Made by a program: the position numbers and the translations under genes. A stretch of 64,000 nucleotides of DNA from the human T2T-CHM13v2.0 reference genome, Homo sapiens. A model generated the notes under the pieces. The model saw nothing but the letters and a program-made list of their open reading frames with translations, did no database searches and was not told the DNA's origin. The stretch lies in assembly GCF_009914755.1 (NCBI RefSeq), contig NC_060935.1; one strand, written 5' to 3'. Of this stretch, positions 12,914-26,999 are shown piece by piece; position 1 is the first letter of the stretch; every line of letters starts with the position of its first letter.

Positions 12914-14039
12914 AAACCTCTTTTCTTTGTAAATGACACAGTCTCAGGTATTTCTTTACAGCAAAGTAAGAACAGACTAATATACCATGGAACCTGAGAA
13001 TATGTTATTTTGCATGACAAAAGGGTTATTTAAGATACTGAGGTGGAAAGATTATTCTCCACTAGCCAGGTAGGTCCAATTGATTCACAGGGTCCTTTTA
13101 AGTAAAAGTAGGCAGGAGAGTCAGAGAGAGATTTGAAGATGCTACAGAGCTGCCTCTGAACATGAAGCCAGGTAATATGAACCAAGGAACCAAGTAGTCT
13201 CTAAAGCTGGGAAAAGAAAGAAAATGAATTTTTTTTTCTAGAGCTTCAAAGGAAAGCAGCCATTTTTGACACCTTGATTTAAGACTAGTGAAACCCAGTT
13301 CAGACGTCTGTCTTCCAGAACTGTGAGAGAATACATTTATTTTGTTTTAGGTCAGTAAGCCTACAGTTTGTGGAAATTTGTTCAAACAGCAATTGAAAAA
13401 TAATATGCCAGATATAGCAGCCTCTGATAGCATGTGTAGGGTCAGCCTCAAAGCAGTTTGGTTTGATATGGTAACAGATAATTGGGAAAGTAGAAAGTGA
13501 AGTCTTGCTATAAGGGAATAGAAAATAGAGACACATTGTGATGGATGAACGGGAAAATAAATAGTCTTGGGTTTCTTTCTGGAGTCAATGGCTGTCTATA
13601 TTTGTGTTTCTAAGTCTCTGAGTCTGTATGTTGTTTTGGGGGAGTCATTTGGAAGGTGTGACACTACTTCAGAGGCAAACATTGCTGAAAATTAATGGGA
13701 GATAGCTGAGAACACACATAACATGGTTGGGACTAAGGAACTGACTCAAGTGGGTTAGGTAGTGAGCAGTTCTAATATGCAGGGCCTAAAAGGAAGTGAT
13801 GACCTCTGATAAAATTCACTTAGGTGGTATTGAGCAGGCTGACTAAGTATATACAGCACTCTGACAGAAGTCTCAGCTCTGGTAATACCTTAAGATATGA
13901 TAAGATAAACCTTCTGTTGGAGCGATTCTCATTGCGTGAAGGAAACATAAATAAATTACCTTCATAATGGATGTATGTATGTGCATGTTTTATGTGTGTG
14001 TATATGTATGTGCATATTTTTATGGATGTCCAGTCAGTG

Positions 14040-15070
14040 ACAAAGAAAAAAAATTATCCAATAGCTGGTGATAGAGAAGTTGGTTAACATTTATAGGAAA
14101 GTTAATCAATTTCGGTTTCTATACCTTATTACAAAATATAAATTTTGAATGGATTAAAGCATTAAATACATGAAAATAATGCACATGATCTTTTCAACAA
14201 CTATTGAGCTTCTGAATATGGGCACTAGCAAAGACTTCCTAAGCTTTAAAGCCACAGAATAGGTGACAAAAGAAAAGACTAACATTTATGTACATGGAGG
14301 TTAAAGCTTTTCCCAGAAAAAAATAAACAAAAAGAAGACAATAAGTTAGGAATAAAAAATACATGAAGTATGACAGTCCATTTCCACTGTAGAGAAGACT
14401 CACAAAAGGAATAGAGTTGAAAGTCTCTAATAGATACATATACAAAGGACCTGAACAATTCATAAAAGAGGAAATAAAAGTACATTACAAATAAATGAAA
14501 AAATACTCCATCTCATAGCAATCAAAGAAATTTAAATTAAATGAGATAATATTTTTGCCTATCAAATTAACAAGTATTTAACAAACCCTGTAATACCCAT
14601 AATAGCTTTCCTAAACTGCTAATATGGTGTAAAATGAAACCATGCTTGTTAATATAGAGTCTAAATTTGAAATTTTTTCTAAATAAATAGTTGTGCTATA
14701 AATGACTGTAGAAAATTCTCTATCAGAATATTATTTATAATATCAAAACATTTAGAAACAACCTGAATGTTCACAAATATAGGGAATGTTTTAAACATTT
14801 TGGTAATCAATAAAATATCCAACCATTTAAAAAATTAATTTACAAAGTGTGTTATCAATTAATTACAAAATAAAGCATTCAGAGTTGTATCCCCGTTGTG
14901 ATTTTAAAATATTATATAGTGATTTTAAAACCGGAAAGCTACATCAAAATATTAACATGGACAGATTTCCATAAATTCTTGCCTGTGTTTTCTTTTTCTT
15001 TGTGGTCTCATGTTTATTTAGTAGGCATGCACTGTTTGTATAATAAAAATAAATACAAATTAAATATGTG
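14040..15070 (+). mobile_element. Old L1M (L1MC/ME-like) 3' fragment
   Basis: A-rich; aatggattaaagcattaaat, atttttgcctatcaaattaacaa and tagaaacaacctgaatgttc motifs. Confidence 0.6.
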
Positions 15071-15712
15071 TTCAGTTCTATTTAAAAAGAGGAACTTCTT
15101 GTAAGCTTGGATATGTAATGGAAAAAAGATTTGATTTCATTAAGAAAAGACAGGCTAAAAAAATGCAGAGAATCACAGCTTACATTTAATGGAAACATAA
15201 ACAATACAAATAAGTTTCAAGCAAATATTTACTGAGAAGTAGAATCTTATTGTTATTTTGTTGTTTTTTAGGATTTGAATGGTATTTTCTTAAAAGGTCT
15301 GGTTTCTTTTACACACACCAGCAGAATTCTGTTAAGCCTCTCTCTCTCTCGTTTTGTTTTTGCTTATTCCAATGATGTGCAAAACATCCAGAAGGGAATA
15401 AGCAGCTTCTTGATTGCCTGTCTTGAAAATTCAAAACTATAAATTGATAATGAATGCCACATTACTGAATAGAACCTGAATGCTTGATTAAGTCTCTATA
15501 AGACTCCCAACAAACTGGAAATTGTACAGAGGCATAGTATTTACACGCACCTTGATTTTCATTTACCTGTGGCATTTTATGTATTATATCAATTTCATCT
15601 GAAGTTATTGTCTTTGCTAAAATAATTGCAGATGATTTTTACAAAGAGTTAGTAGATCTAGAAAGCTGTAGAATGAGAGCTATTTCAGCAACTACCTGTT
15701 GTCTGATTCTGA

Positions 15713-16137
<425 letters not shown>

Positions 16138-16668
16138 TAGTTTGCAGTTGTTCTTCTTGGGCTTCAGGCAGGGCCAGAAATAGGGCACTATTTTGGGAAA
16201 GGTTAGCCTCATTGGCGAAGCGCCTGAGAGCTTTTTCATGCTAGAGTTGGTGCTAACAACCTAGTCAAATCCACTTGCTCACTTTTATGTCTCCATTTGC
16301 TCCTCTGTGAATTGCAACAGGTGTCATTAATTTTACAAAACAGCTCTATCTAAGGGCCATAAACCACCCACTCTACCCCCTGCATAATCGTCCATCCCAC
16401 TGAGCTCATCATGTTTCTGAAAGCAACAGTCCTTTATAATACATCCTTTGCTCATGAACAATCACTTGGCAGAATGGGCTATTATAATGGGCACAACATA
16501 TTCAATGAGATTGTCACCATCTGTTCTACCTTCCAATTACCAAAGCAAATGGAAATAAAAAGGCAATGCCATTGGAAACCCGAGATAATATTTTCCATTT
16601 ATTATGTCTTTTGGTTGACATGGGTTTTAAAAATTCCCTTTGGAACACGTAGGAAGAAGCACACTTTC

Positions 16669-16768
16669 TATCTGTGAGACACAATCAGAAGATTGGGACC
16701 CAGCACTGAGAGAAAATTTATCTGTGAGACACAATCAGAAGATTGGGATCCAGCACTGAGAGAAAATT
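16669..16768. repeat. 50-bp tandem duplication (2 copies, 1 mismatch)
   Basis: tatctgtgagacacaatcagaagattggga(c/t)ccagcactgagagaaaatt x2. Confidence 0.97.
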
Positions 16769-17453
16769 ACTCTCTGGAAGATGCACATGAGCACATTCAG
16801 CATCCTCATCTCTACTATGTAGTGGAGATTTCTGCTCAGCCTTGAAAAATTCACATCATCTTAGGCATGAAGTGATTAAGCAGAAACTCCCTGAGCTATT
16901 ATTGCATGGGGAACAGTTAATGAAGTTGTACAAACAGGTATTGTGCATCAATATTTCCATGTTTCTGTCCAATAGGCAATGGGTTTGCATGAAGACTTGA
17001 AGCAAAAAGTGAATATTCACTTTGAAGTTGTGTGCCTGTGTGTGTGTGCACACACACATGCAGAGGAAACTGAGGTGAGAGATCATGGAATGTGAAGGTA
17101 ATTCTAATCATGAAAGAGAATTAAGGCATTGAAGTCAGCATGGGTTTAAAATACTCAAATTGAAGAAACAGTGCTGTAACAGCACACAGTCGTTCTGTGA
17201 ATTAACAGGAAATAACTAAAAACAAATGACCATACTAGAGGTTCTAATGCATAAGCAGACATCATAAAAGGAACTAGGTACCAGGGTATCCAAATGAATG
17301 GGACACAAAACATTATTTTATATTGGTCAGACTTGTATCATTTGCTACGAGTGTTAATAACCCACTTTTCTATGTGATAAATAACTGGAATTTTGGGTAG
17401 GAACACATAAAGTTGGCTTAAGTTTCTTGTCTGAGGCTCTGTCCCATAAACAG

Positions 17454-17519
17454 TGATTCTAAGTACACATGATTCTAAATAGAATATGATTCTAAGTATA
17501 TATGATTCTAAATAGAATG
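17454..17519. repeat. 33-bp tandem repeat built from 16- and 17-bp subunits
   Basis: tgattctaagtacaca-tgattctaaatagaata x2. Confidence 0.9.
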
Positions 17520-18239
17520 TCTCCACTTTCAGGAAATGCTTTTGTGTTCCTGCCAAAGTCACATGCCAAGGAAACCTTTTAGTTATCTATGTAATCTGCA
17601 TACTTGACTATTATATTTGAGATACTATGGCTTAGGATAGACAAAACCAGAAAATTTTAGGCCTATGTTTAGTGTTAATTTGTTTTGTTGATCACTTTTC
17701 TGTCATTATACATAGAGATTATGCATTTTCTTCCTGGTCAGCCTGTCCATAAAGAATTGGCATTAACCGAGTTGTCGACACCCACATGACTTAGCCAGGT
17801 GTGTGACATGTTTAGCAGTGTAACAATAGGACTGCTTCCAGCTTCGGAGTGCTTGCTAGCTTTAATCTGCTTATGAAATGAATACATACCTATCTGTCTT
17901 GCCATTTTTTTCATATCTCTGTGGAGGAACCAAGTGTGTGTATGTTTTTGGTAAGGTTATGGTTAAAATTTGAGGGCCAAAACATAGGCTCTTAGTCATT
18001 ACTAGATGATCCTATTACCAGATTGTGTATAACTGAAACTGTTTCCCTCAGCATAGCTAGTAGGATGGAGCCCTGTTGCCAAGTATTAAAAATACTAAAT
18101 GCTAGCCATCCTGACCCCTTTTATTGCTAATAGTAATGACTTATTTTAATTTTTTTCTGCCTGAATGTCATTAGTAGGCATGAATTTGGTACTTGCACTC
18201 ATTAATTTATACAATTATTTAGTAACATGCATTTAAAAA

Positions 18240-18710
18240 TAGCCTTGAGGTATAATTGAGTTATGATAAACTGTACATATTTAAAACATAAAATTTTCTA
18301 ATTTTGACTTATTTATATTTCTGTGAAACTGTTACCACAATCAGGATAGAAAATAGTCATCACTCCCAACATTTTCTTGTTCTTTTTAGTAATCCCTCCC
18401 TCTTGCTCCTCCTGCTTCCTTAGCAAACAACCATTGATCTACTTTGTGCTACTATAGATTAGCTTGTATTTTCCAGAGTTATGTATGAATGGAATCATAT
18501 AGTGTGCACTTATCTGACTATCTTTATTCAGCATAATTATTTTGAGATCCATCCATGCATGTGTCAATAGCTTGGGCATTCTTATTTCTGAGTAGTGTAT
18601 TGTATGGACATAGCACAATTCGTTCATCCATTCCCCTGTTGATGAATATTTGGATGGTTTCCAGGTTGGACTATTATGAAGAATGCTGCTATGAACATTC
18701 ATGTGTAAGT
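18240..18710 (-). mobile_element. L1MB/L1MC 3' end
   Basis: ttgaggtataattga...aatggaatcatatag...tgctgctatgaacattcatgtg. Confidence 0.8.
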
Positions 18711-19157
18711 AGGATGTCCATTTTAATTTTATATACTTTATAATTTGTATCAGGAATGCAGACTAAATCAGCATTTTTCTGACATCTAGAATGAACATAC
18801 AAGTCTTTGTCTTTCCTATAATTATTAAAATCTTGTTAGAGATGACAAGAAAGCAGAAACTTATCTCATTTATTTGCTAACTTTTCCTTAAAGTTTTTTT
18901 TTTTACACAAAAACAAATACAGTGTTGTTTAACCAATAAACCCAAAACTTATTAGAGGAGCCACTAAGCTTAGTTTCTGATTCAATCCTGTAAAATAACA
19001 TACAGAAGGACACAGCTTGAACAGAATGTTTTTAGTAAATGACCCCACTTCTTCAATTTTGAGATTTATGTTTTACCATATTTCAGCCTTTCGAAGAGGT
19101 GGATGAATCTTTCAGTTGATATACAAATTTAATGTACAGTTTTTATATTTTCCTTCT

Positions 19158-19997
19158 TAAATGCCCATCAAATGATAAATGAATAAACAAAATGGTATAT
19201 CTACACAATGGCGATAATGTTTGAATGTGCACCCTCTCCAAATCTCATGTTGAAATATGACCCTTAGTGTTGGAGGTGTGGCCTAGTGGGAGATGTTGGT
19301 CCATGGGGCTGGATCCCTCATGAATGGCTTAGCACCATCCTCTTGGTGATGAGTATGTTCTGCAAGAGTTGGTTGTTTAAAGGGAGTCTGGGACCTCTTC
19401 CTCTGCCTCTTGCTCCCTCTCTTGCCATGTGGTATGTCAGCTCTCATTTTGCTTTCCAACATGAGTGTAAGTTTCTGAAGGCCTCAGAAGCAGATGCTGA
19501 CACCATGCTGCTTGTACAGCCTACAGGACTGTGAGGCAAATAAATGTCTTTTCTTTATAAATCACCCAGTCTCAGGTTTTTTTATAGCAACGAAATCTTA
19601 CTAATACAAATGGAATATTCTTCATCAATAAAAAAGAATGAAATGCCAATACATGGTACAACATGGATAATCCTTGAAAACACTATACTAAGTGAAAGAA
19701 GCTAGCCACAGAAGCCATGTTTTTTACGATTTCATTTATATGAAATATCCAGGGTTGGCAAATCAATAGAAACAGAAAGTAGATTAGTGGTTTCCAGGAG
19801 CTGAGGAGTTAGGAAAATGGGGAGTGACTGCTTAATGGATGTGAGATTTCTTTCTGGGGAAATGAAGAAGTTCTGGAACCAGACAGTGGTGATGGTTACA
19901 CAATATTTTGAATGTACATAATGCCACTGAATTAAAAACTTTAAATGGTTAAAATAATAAATTTTATATGATATGTATTTTATCACAATAAAAAAAT
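19158..19997 (+). mobile_element. L1MB 3' end interrupted by an MST LTR
   Basis: aaatgcccatcaaatgataaatgaataaacaaaatggtata...agaaagtagattagtggtt...tatcacaataaaaaaa. Confidence 0.85.
19212..19608 (+). mobile_element. MSTB-type solo LTR
   Basis: Ends ctaataca; perfect TSD aatgg (19207-19211 and 19609-19613). Confidence 0.88.
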
Positions 19998-21989
19998 GAG
20001 GTAGAAGTGATTTTAAAAAGTGTATTATTAATGGTGTGATATGCAATTGATGAGAATTTAAAACCAGCAAATGATGTGACTTACCATTGTGTGAGTGGCA
20101 GGCTGTTGCCTTAGGATCCCTAAAACAAAAGTATGTATGTGCACATATGTAATGTGTAGTCTACCTAACTCCTGAGCACATTATAGTTAAACTCAAATCC
20201 TTCAAACACTAAAAAAAAGTTAGCTCTGTCACAATTGTTCAATATTTTAACTAAAAAAATAAAACTATATACACAAGTCAGAGTGGCAGAGTTATTCTCT
20301 TACAGTACAAGACGAATTTATTGGAGCCAGTCCAAGTAGTTCAAAACTCAGGATAAGCAATTTGTTGCTCTGTGTAAAAGTTTAACCTCTCTAAATTGAC
20401 ATTAGGCTCATGTTATTTACCTCACAATATTGAAGGAGTCTGTATTTATAAAGTGCCAAGCATAATGCCTGAGGCATAATGACTGCTTAACAAATGTAAT
20501 GTTTTGCCTCTTCAACAAGCCTGCCACCCTCCTGTGATACATAATCTTTAATTGCACATGACAACATAAAATACAAATATCTCTCTTACATTGAGGAAAT
20601 TAACACATGACTTAGAGTGGGGATGTCCTGCTGGATTTCCAGAGTAGCAATTTGTCAGGTATATTGCATGTTCACTATTTGTGGCCATTCTACAATAATT
20701 ATTTATTGTAGTGAGAAAACACTGAAGACCTACTACAAATAAATGAGGAAGGAAAAGTACTTTGATTAAAATGTCTATGGTAAAATAGAGATGCCTAAGA
20801 AATCTAATTAAAATCTCAACCAAAATTAAAACTTGGTGCACAAATAGGATCTGGATGCCCCACCTTACAACAAATATTGTTTCATTTGGGAGTTAACTGG
20901 TGTGTAATTTAGGTAATAAAGGATACAATGTAGAGTCATTTGGAGACGGTCACTATCCTCTGTCTCGAGTAGAGTACTCGAATCCAATTCCATTTATTAG
21001 CTGTGGTTTGTATCCCCAGGTGAGTAAAGGACTTTATATTTTTATTAGAGAGCTTTTAGAAGAAAGCCTTTAGTGCCCAATCTCCCCACACAGTGAGCAC
21101 ACAAGGCATATGTTTCAGATTTCATATAAGCAAACTTCATTTTCTCTGTTGTTCTCTATAGAAATCAAGTTGCACTTTTTCCAAAGGAAAGTGTAGGACA
21201 CAGTGAAAACTACTGTAAATGGTGGCCATGATAAAACCAGTCCTCCGTTGGATGGGCTCTACATTAAAACAAAGCCTAAATTTAGGAATGCAAATATGTA
21301 TGCAAAGGATACACCAATGCATGGCTTATAAGAAGGGTTCAGCTCATGGATTCCTACTCTTGAGTTTTTGTTGCAAAGTGTCAGGCTCTTGGGGATGGGG
21401 TAAGAGTCACAACATGTTCTTTCTACAAGAGCTTTAAGCTGGATTTCAGACTCTAATCCTTTGTCCAGAAGTAAATACATCTTTTCTTTTCATTAATGTG
21501 TAAAGGCAAGTAATATACTCTCACACATGAGACACTGGGCTTTAAATAATAAACTCTAAATTCCCTAAATTTAGAGATCATAAAATACACCATTGTGAGC
21601 ATCCTACACAAGGTATCATTAAGTGTAGTCAGTGAGAAAGCACTTAATGAGCACTGAGAAAATCACTTCATATAAATTATCTTATTTAATCCTCTTAGCA
21701 ACTCCTCACTGTAGATGTTATTATCTCCCTTTATGGACGAAAGAACTGAGGTTCAAAGACTTCCCCAAGGCCTCACACTACAGCAGTTTTGGAGCTAGCA
21801 CTCAAATTCAGAATCATTTAATTCTAAATTACAGCTATAACAGGCAGACAGATATCTTTTGCTTCTTCAAATTTTAGATAACATCATTAATTGGAGCTCT
21901 TATTATTTGCTACACAGAAGTTTGAATGAAAAATAAGCTTCACTGAAAAAAAATTATCTTCATCACAGTGTTTTTTCCAGCATTGGAGA

Positions 21990-22038
21990 TGTGTGTGTGT
22001 GTGTGTGTGTGTATGTGTGTGTGTCTGTGTGTGTGTGT
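21990..22038. repeat. (TG)n microsatellite; further (TG)n at about 22178-22221 and (CA)n at about 22607-22638
   Basis: Directly visible. Confidence 0.95.
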
Positions 22039-22604
22039 ACTTGTTCCAGCCAGCTTTATTGAAGTATAATTGACAAAAATTATATATATGCAAAGTGATT
22101 TTACATAAGTATACATTGTGAAACATTTACCACAATCAAGTTAATGAACACACCCCTCACCTGATATAGTTTCCAGTGTGTGTGTGTGTGTGTGTTTGTG
22201 TGTTTGTGTGTGTGTGTGTGTATTTGGTGAGGACACTTAAGATCTATTCTTTTAGCAAATTTCACATATTCTTAACTATAAACTACAGTATTCTTAACCA
22301 TAGTTGTCATGCTGTACCTTAGATCCCCAGAACTTATACATCCTATATTACAATGGAAAATTTATATTCTTTGACAAACATCTCCCCATTTCCCTCACCC
22401 CAGCTCTTGGCAACCACTATTCCACTCTCTGCTTCTATAAGTTCCATTTTTTAAGATTTCACATATAAGTGAGATCCTACAATATTTGTCTTTCTGCAAT
22501 TGGCTTACTTCACTTAGTGTAATGTCTTCCGGTTTCATCTGTGATGTCCAAAATTACAGGATTTATTTTCTTCTTTATGGCTGAATAATATTCAATATAT
22601 ATGT

Positions 22605-22640
<36 letters not shown>

Positions 22641-22929
22641 CTTTTTCTGTATCCATTCATCCATTGACGAACACAGGTTGTTCTCATCTTTTGTCTATTG
22701 TGAATAATGCTGCAATGAACATGGGAGAACAGACATCTCTTCAAGATACTGATTTAATTTCTTTTGGATATAAACCTGAAATAGGATTGTCCAATTGTGG
22801 ACAGTTCTAGTTTTAATTTCTTGTGGAACCTCCATACTATTTTCCATAATGGCTGTACAAATTTGCATTCTCACTATCAGTATGCAAGGTTTCCCTTCTT
22901 TTCATATCACCCCTGGCACTTGTTATCGC

Positions 22930-23154
22930 TTTTTTTTTTGGAAACAGAGTCTTGCTCTGTCTCCCAGGCTAGAGTGATCTTGGCTCACTGCAATCTCCAC
23001 CTCCTGGGTTCAAGCAATTTTTTTTTTGTATTTTTAATAGAGACTGGAGTTTCACCATATTGGCCAGGCTGGTCTCGAACTCCTGACCTTGTGATCTTCC
23101 TGCCTCAGTCTCCCAAAGTGCTGGGATTACAGGCGTGAGCCACCGCACTCGGCC
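22930..23154 (-). mobile_element. AluS (Sg-like) with internal deletions
   Basis: caagcaatt joined directly to the tttttgtattttt linker, so about 60 bp of the right arm is missing. Confidence 0.9.
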
Positions 23155-23704
23155 CTTATCCCTTGTCTTTCTGAGAGTAGCCTTGTTAACAGGTGTGAGG
23201 TTATATCTCATTGAGGTATTGACCTGCATTTCTCTGATGATTAGTGATGTTAGACACCTTTTCTTACATCTGTTGACCATTTGTATGTCTTCCTTGGAAA
23301 CATGTGTATTCAGGTTCTTTGACCAATTTATTATTGTGTTGTTAGGTTTTTTGCTGTTGAATTACATGAGTTCTTTGTATATTTTGAATATTAGCCCCTT
23401 ATCAGATATCTGGTTTGAAAATATTTTCTATCACTCTGTAGGTTGCCTTTGTATTTTATTGATTATTTCCTTTTCTGTGCAAAAACATTTTAAATTGATG
23501 TAGTCTCATTCTTTTTTATTTTTTCTTTTCTTGCCTATGCTTCTGGTGTCATATCCAAAAAATTATTGCCAACACTAATGTCAAAGAATCTTACCCCTAT
23601 GTTTTCTTCTAGGAGGGTTATAATTTCAGATCTTACATTTAAGTCTGTAAGCCATTTCTAGTTATTTTATTTTATTTTTTTTGTACAGAGTGTAAGATAG
23701 AGTC

Positions 23705-24151
23705 TGCTATAATTTGGATGTGTGTTCCCTTCAAATGTCCTATTGAAATTTGATCTCCACTGTTGGAAGTGAGGCCTAATGGAAGGTGTTTGGGTAATGG
23801 GGGTGGATTCTCCATGAATAGATTAATGCCCTCCCTGGGAGGAGGGGGACTCAGTTCTTGCTTTATTAGTTCCCATGGAAATTCTCTACAGAGCTGAGTT
23901 GTTAAAAAGAGTCTAGCACCTTCCCTCACTCTCTGGCTTCTTTTCTCGCCATGTGATCTCTACACAAGCCAGCTCCTCTTCACCTTCTGCCATGAGTGGA
24001 ACCACCCAAAGTCCCTTACCAGACGCTAAGCAGATGCTGGCACCATGCCTCTTGTGCAGCCTACAGAACTGTGAGCCAAATAAACCTATTTTCTTTATAA
24101 ATTTTCCAGCCTCAGGTATTCTTTTATGGCAACACATAATGGACTAAGATA
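23705..24151 (+). mobile_element. MSTB1/B2-type solo LTR inside L1
   Basis: tgctataatttggatg...ggactaagata; TSD gagtc/gaatc. Confidence 0.85.
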
Positions 24152-26999
24152 GAATCTGGTTTTATTATTTTGCATGTGAATATTCAGTTTTCCCAAGAGT
24201 ATGTATTAAAGAGAATATTCTTTCCCAATTGTGTATTCTGGAAAATTTCATCAGTGATTAGTTTACTATATATGTGTGGGTTTATTTCTAGGTTCTCTGG
24301 TCCGTTCTGTTGGACTATGTGTCTGTCTGTTTCATGCCACTATTATGCTGTTCTATAGCTTTGTAAATAAAGTTGGAAAATAGCTTTGTTGTTTCTCAGG
24401 ATGGCCTTTCTATTCAGAGTCTTTTGTGGTTCTATATGAATTTTAGAAATGATTTTTCTTTTTCTGTGTAAAATGTCACTGGGATTTTGATAGGGATTGC
24501 ATTGAATTTGTAGACAGCTTTGGATAGTATGGACATTTTAACAATATTAATTTTTCAAATTCATGAATACAGAATGTCTTTCCATTTATTTGTATCTTCT
24601 TCAGTTTCTTTCATTAATGTATTATGGGTTTTAATATACAGATCTTTCATGTCCTTGGTTAAATTTATTCCTAAGAATTTTTGATGCTATTGTAGATTAC
24701 ATCATTTTTTAATTAAATTTTCAAATAGCGTTTTAGTATATAAAATATAATTGGCTTTTGTATATTGAATTATTTCTGCACTTTACTGATTTTGTCTACT
24801 ATTTCTAACAGTTTTTAAGCCAATAATAACTTTGATTGCATATAAAAATCTACACTTTTACTTCTCACACCATTTTGTGTTTTTGATGTCACAATTTGAT
24901 TTTTATAGTGTGTATCCATTAACAAATTATTGTAGATACAGTTATGTTTAGTACTTTTGTCTTCTGATTTTTAAATTAGAGTTTAAAATAATTTATGTAC
25001 CACTATTACAGTATGAAAGTATTCTGAATTTGACTACATGTTTACCTTTAGCAGTAAGTTTTATATTTTCATGTTGTTACTTAGTGTCCTTTGATTTTAA
25101 TTTGAATAACTCTCTTTAGTATTTCTTGTAAGGTTGGTCAAGTGATGATGAACTCCCTCAGCTTTTCTTTTTAAATTTAGGAATGTCTTCACCTCTCCAT
25201 TTCTGAATAACAGCTTTGCTGAGTAGAGTATCTTTGGTTAGAATAGTTTCCTTTTCTTCTAGCACTTTGAATATCTCATTCTACTTCTTTTTGGTCTGCA
25301 CAGTTTCTATTGACAAATTCACTGATTGCCTTATGCAAGTTTCCTTGTATGTAATAAATCTCTTTTCTCTTGCTGCTTTTAATATTGTTTCTTATACCTT
25401 TGAAAATTTGATTATAATATACCTCAGAGTACCTCCTTTGGGTTAATCTTACTTGAGATACTTTGTGCTTTATGAATCTTGATGTCCATATTCCTCCCTA
25501 GATTTGTCACATTTTTTGTCTTCATTTCTTTAAGTAAGCTTTATTACTCATACTCTCTGTCGTCTCTTTTTGAAATTCTAATAATTCATACATTTTTTTG
25601 CTTAATGGTGTCCCATAGCTCCCTTATGCTTTCTTCTCTCTTTTCATGCTTTTTTTTTAGTTTTGCTCCTCTGATTGGCTAATTTCAAATGACCTGTCTT
25701 TGGGTTAACTGATTCGTCTGCATGACTGACTCTTCTGTTGAATCTCTCTGTTACATTATTTAGTTCTATTATTGTATTCTTCAGCTCTAGGATTTCTATT
25801 TTAGTTATTTTGTATGGTTCCTATATCTTCACTAAACATGTCATTTCATTCATACATTGTTTCCTGATTTTGTTTAGTTGTCTAACACATTGTTTTCTGA
25901 TTTTGTTTAGTTTTCTGTGTTCGCTTGCATTTCATTGAGCTACTTTAAAATAATTTTTTTTATTATTTTGCAGGCAATTTGTAGATCTCCATTTCATTGG
26001 GTTTAGTTACTGGAGCTTTACCAGTTTCCTCTGGTAGTATCATTTGTTTTGTTCTTCATGATCCATGTATTGATGTCTGTGCATTTTAAAAAACAAATTC
26101 CCCTTACAACCTTTACAGACTGGATCTTTATCTGCCAAATCCAGTCTGTAAGAGATTTTTACCTGGCAAAGCCAGTCTGGGGACCTCTTCGGGTCCCCAG
26201 GGTAATGGGATTGCCTCTGGATCACAGTCTACTAGGAACGGAGCTAGGTGGCTGCTATTGAGTTTGCAGTGGTGTCAATAGTTGGCAGGCCTGTAACTAT
26301 GAAATCAAGAAGGTGTTGATCCCATCTGGTACCCGGGCAGATTGGACTGCCTCCAGGACCTTGGTTAGTAGGGCTAATGGTGGGACAAGGATCTGCTTAA
26401 GGGCCCACAATTGGATCTGCAGAGGGTGAGCCTATCACCATGTGCATGGATGGGTGAGGATCCCTCTATTTTCCCTGGGTAAGCACCTGCTGGGTCACTG
26501 GGTGGGTCCCTGAGCAGGAAGGACTGACTTTAGGCCACAGATGAGAGGGGCTAAAGCTGGGTCACAAGATGCTTTACGGTCCACAGTGGAGATAGAAGTT
26601 AGCAGGCCTGTCACTGAAGACAAAGGTGAGCAGATATCTTCTTAGAACACTTGGCAGATGATTCTCGTGGAAAAATCAAGGCCAAATGGTGCGGTGGCAA
26701 AGTCCACAGGTAGAGGAGACCATTTCTGGACCTATAGCCAGAACTATGACTGGTGAGCTCACCACCTAGGTGCAGATCTGCTCTCTCAAAACAGCCCTTT
26801 TTGATCTTGGGATTTGCTGGGTTTTGCAGTCTCCTACTTGGATCTTAAACCTCCCACAAAGGCACTTTTACTGATGGATGGCTGTCAAATTATTATTGCT
26901 ACTGGGGGATATGAGTGGAGGATCGCTTATTTTGCCATCTTTTTGACATTACACTCCTTAATAATGCTATTTAAAATTGTTAGTTGTACCCTATCCACT

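Larger units (their letters stand above)
11623..12984 (+). mobile_element. MSTA solo LTR (split by THE1 and L1)
   Basis: tgatatggtt...cagactaatata termini; TSD ccctg/ccatg. Confidence 0.85.
11588..13406 (+). mobile_element. MLT1D MaLR LTR (outer host, split by MSTA)
   Basis: taatggcccctaaa...ccctg | ccatggaacctgagaatatgtta rejoin as the MLT1D start; 3' part ccagaactgtgagagaata...cagcaattgaaaaataatat. Confidence 0.8.
22052..26957 (-). mobile_element. L1MA9-like LINE retaining both 3' and 5' ends, with a large internal ORF2 deletion
   Basis: 3' end gctttattgaagtataattgacaaa; ORF2-like sequence to about 24815; ORF1/5'UTR-like sequence after that; 5' terminus reads ggagtgtaatgtcaaaaagatggc on the minus strand. 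Confidence 0.8.

Noticed and set aside
16669-17519. Short direct repeats as a CRISPR-like array
   Set aside because: Head-to-tail duplications without spacers, in primate DNA with no cas genes
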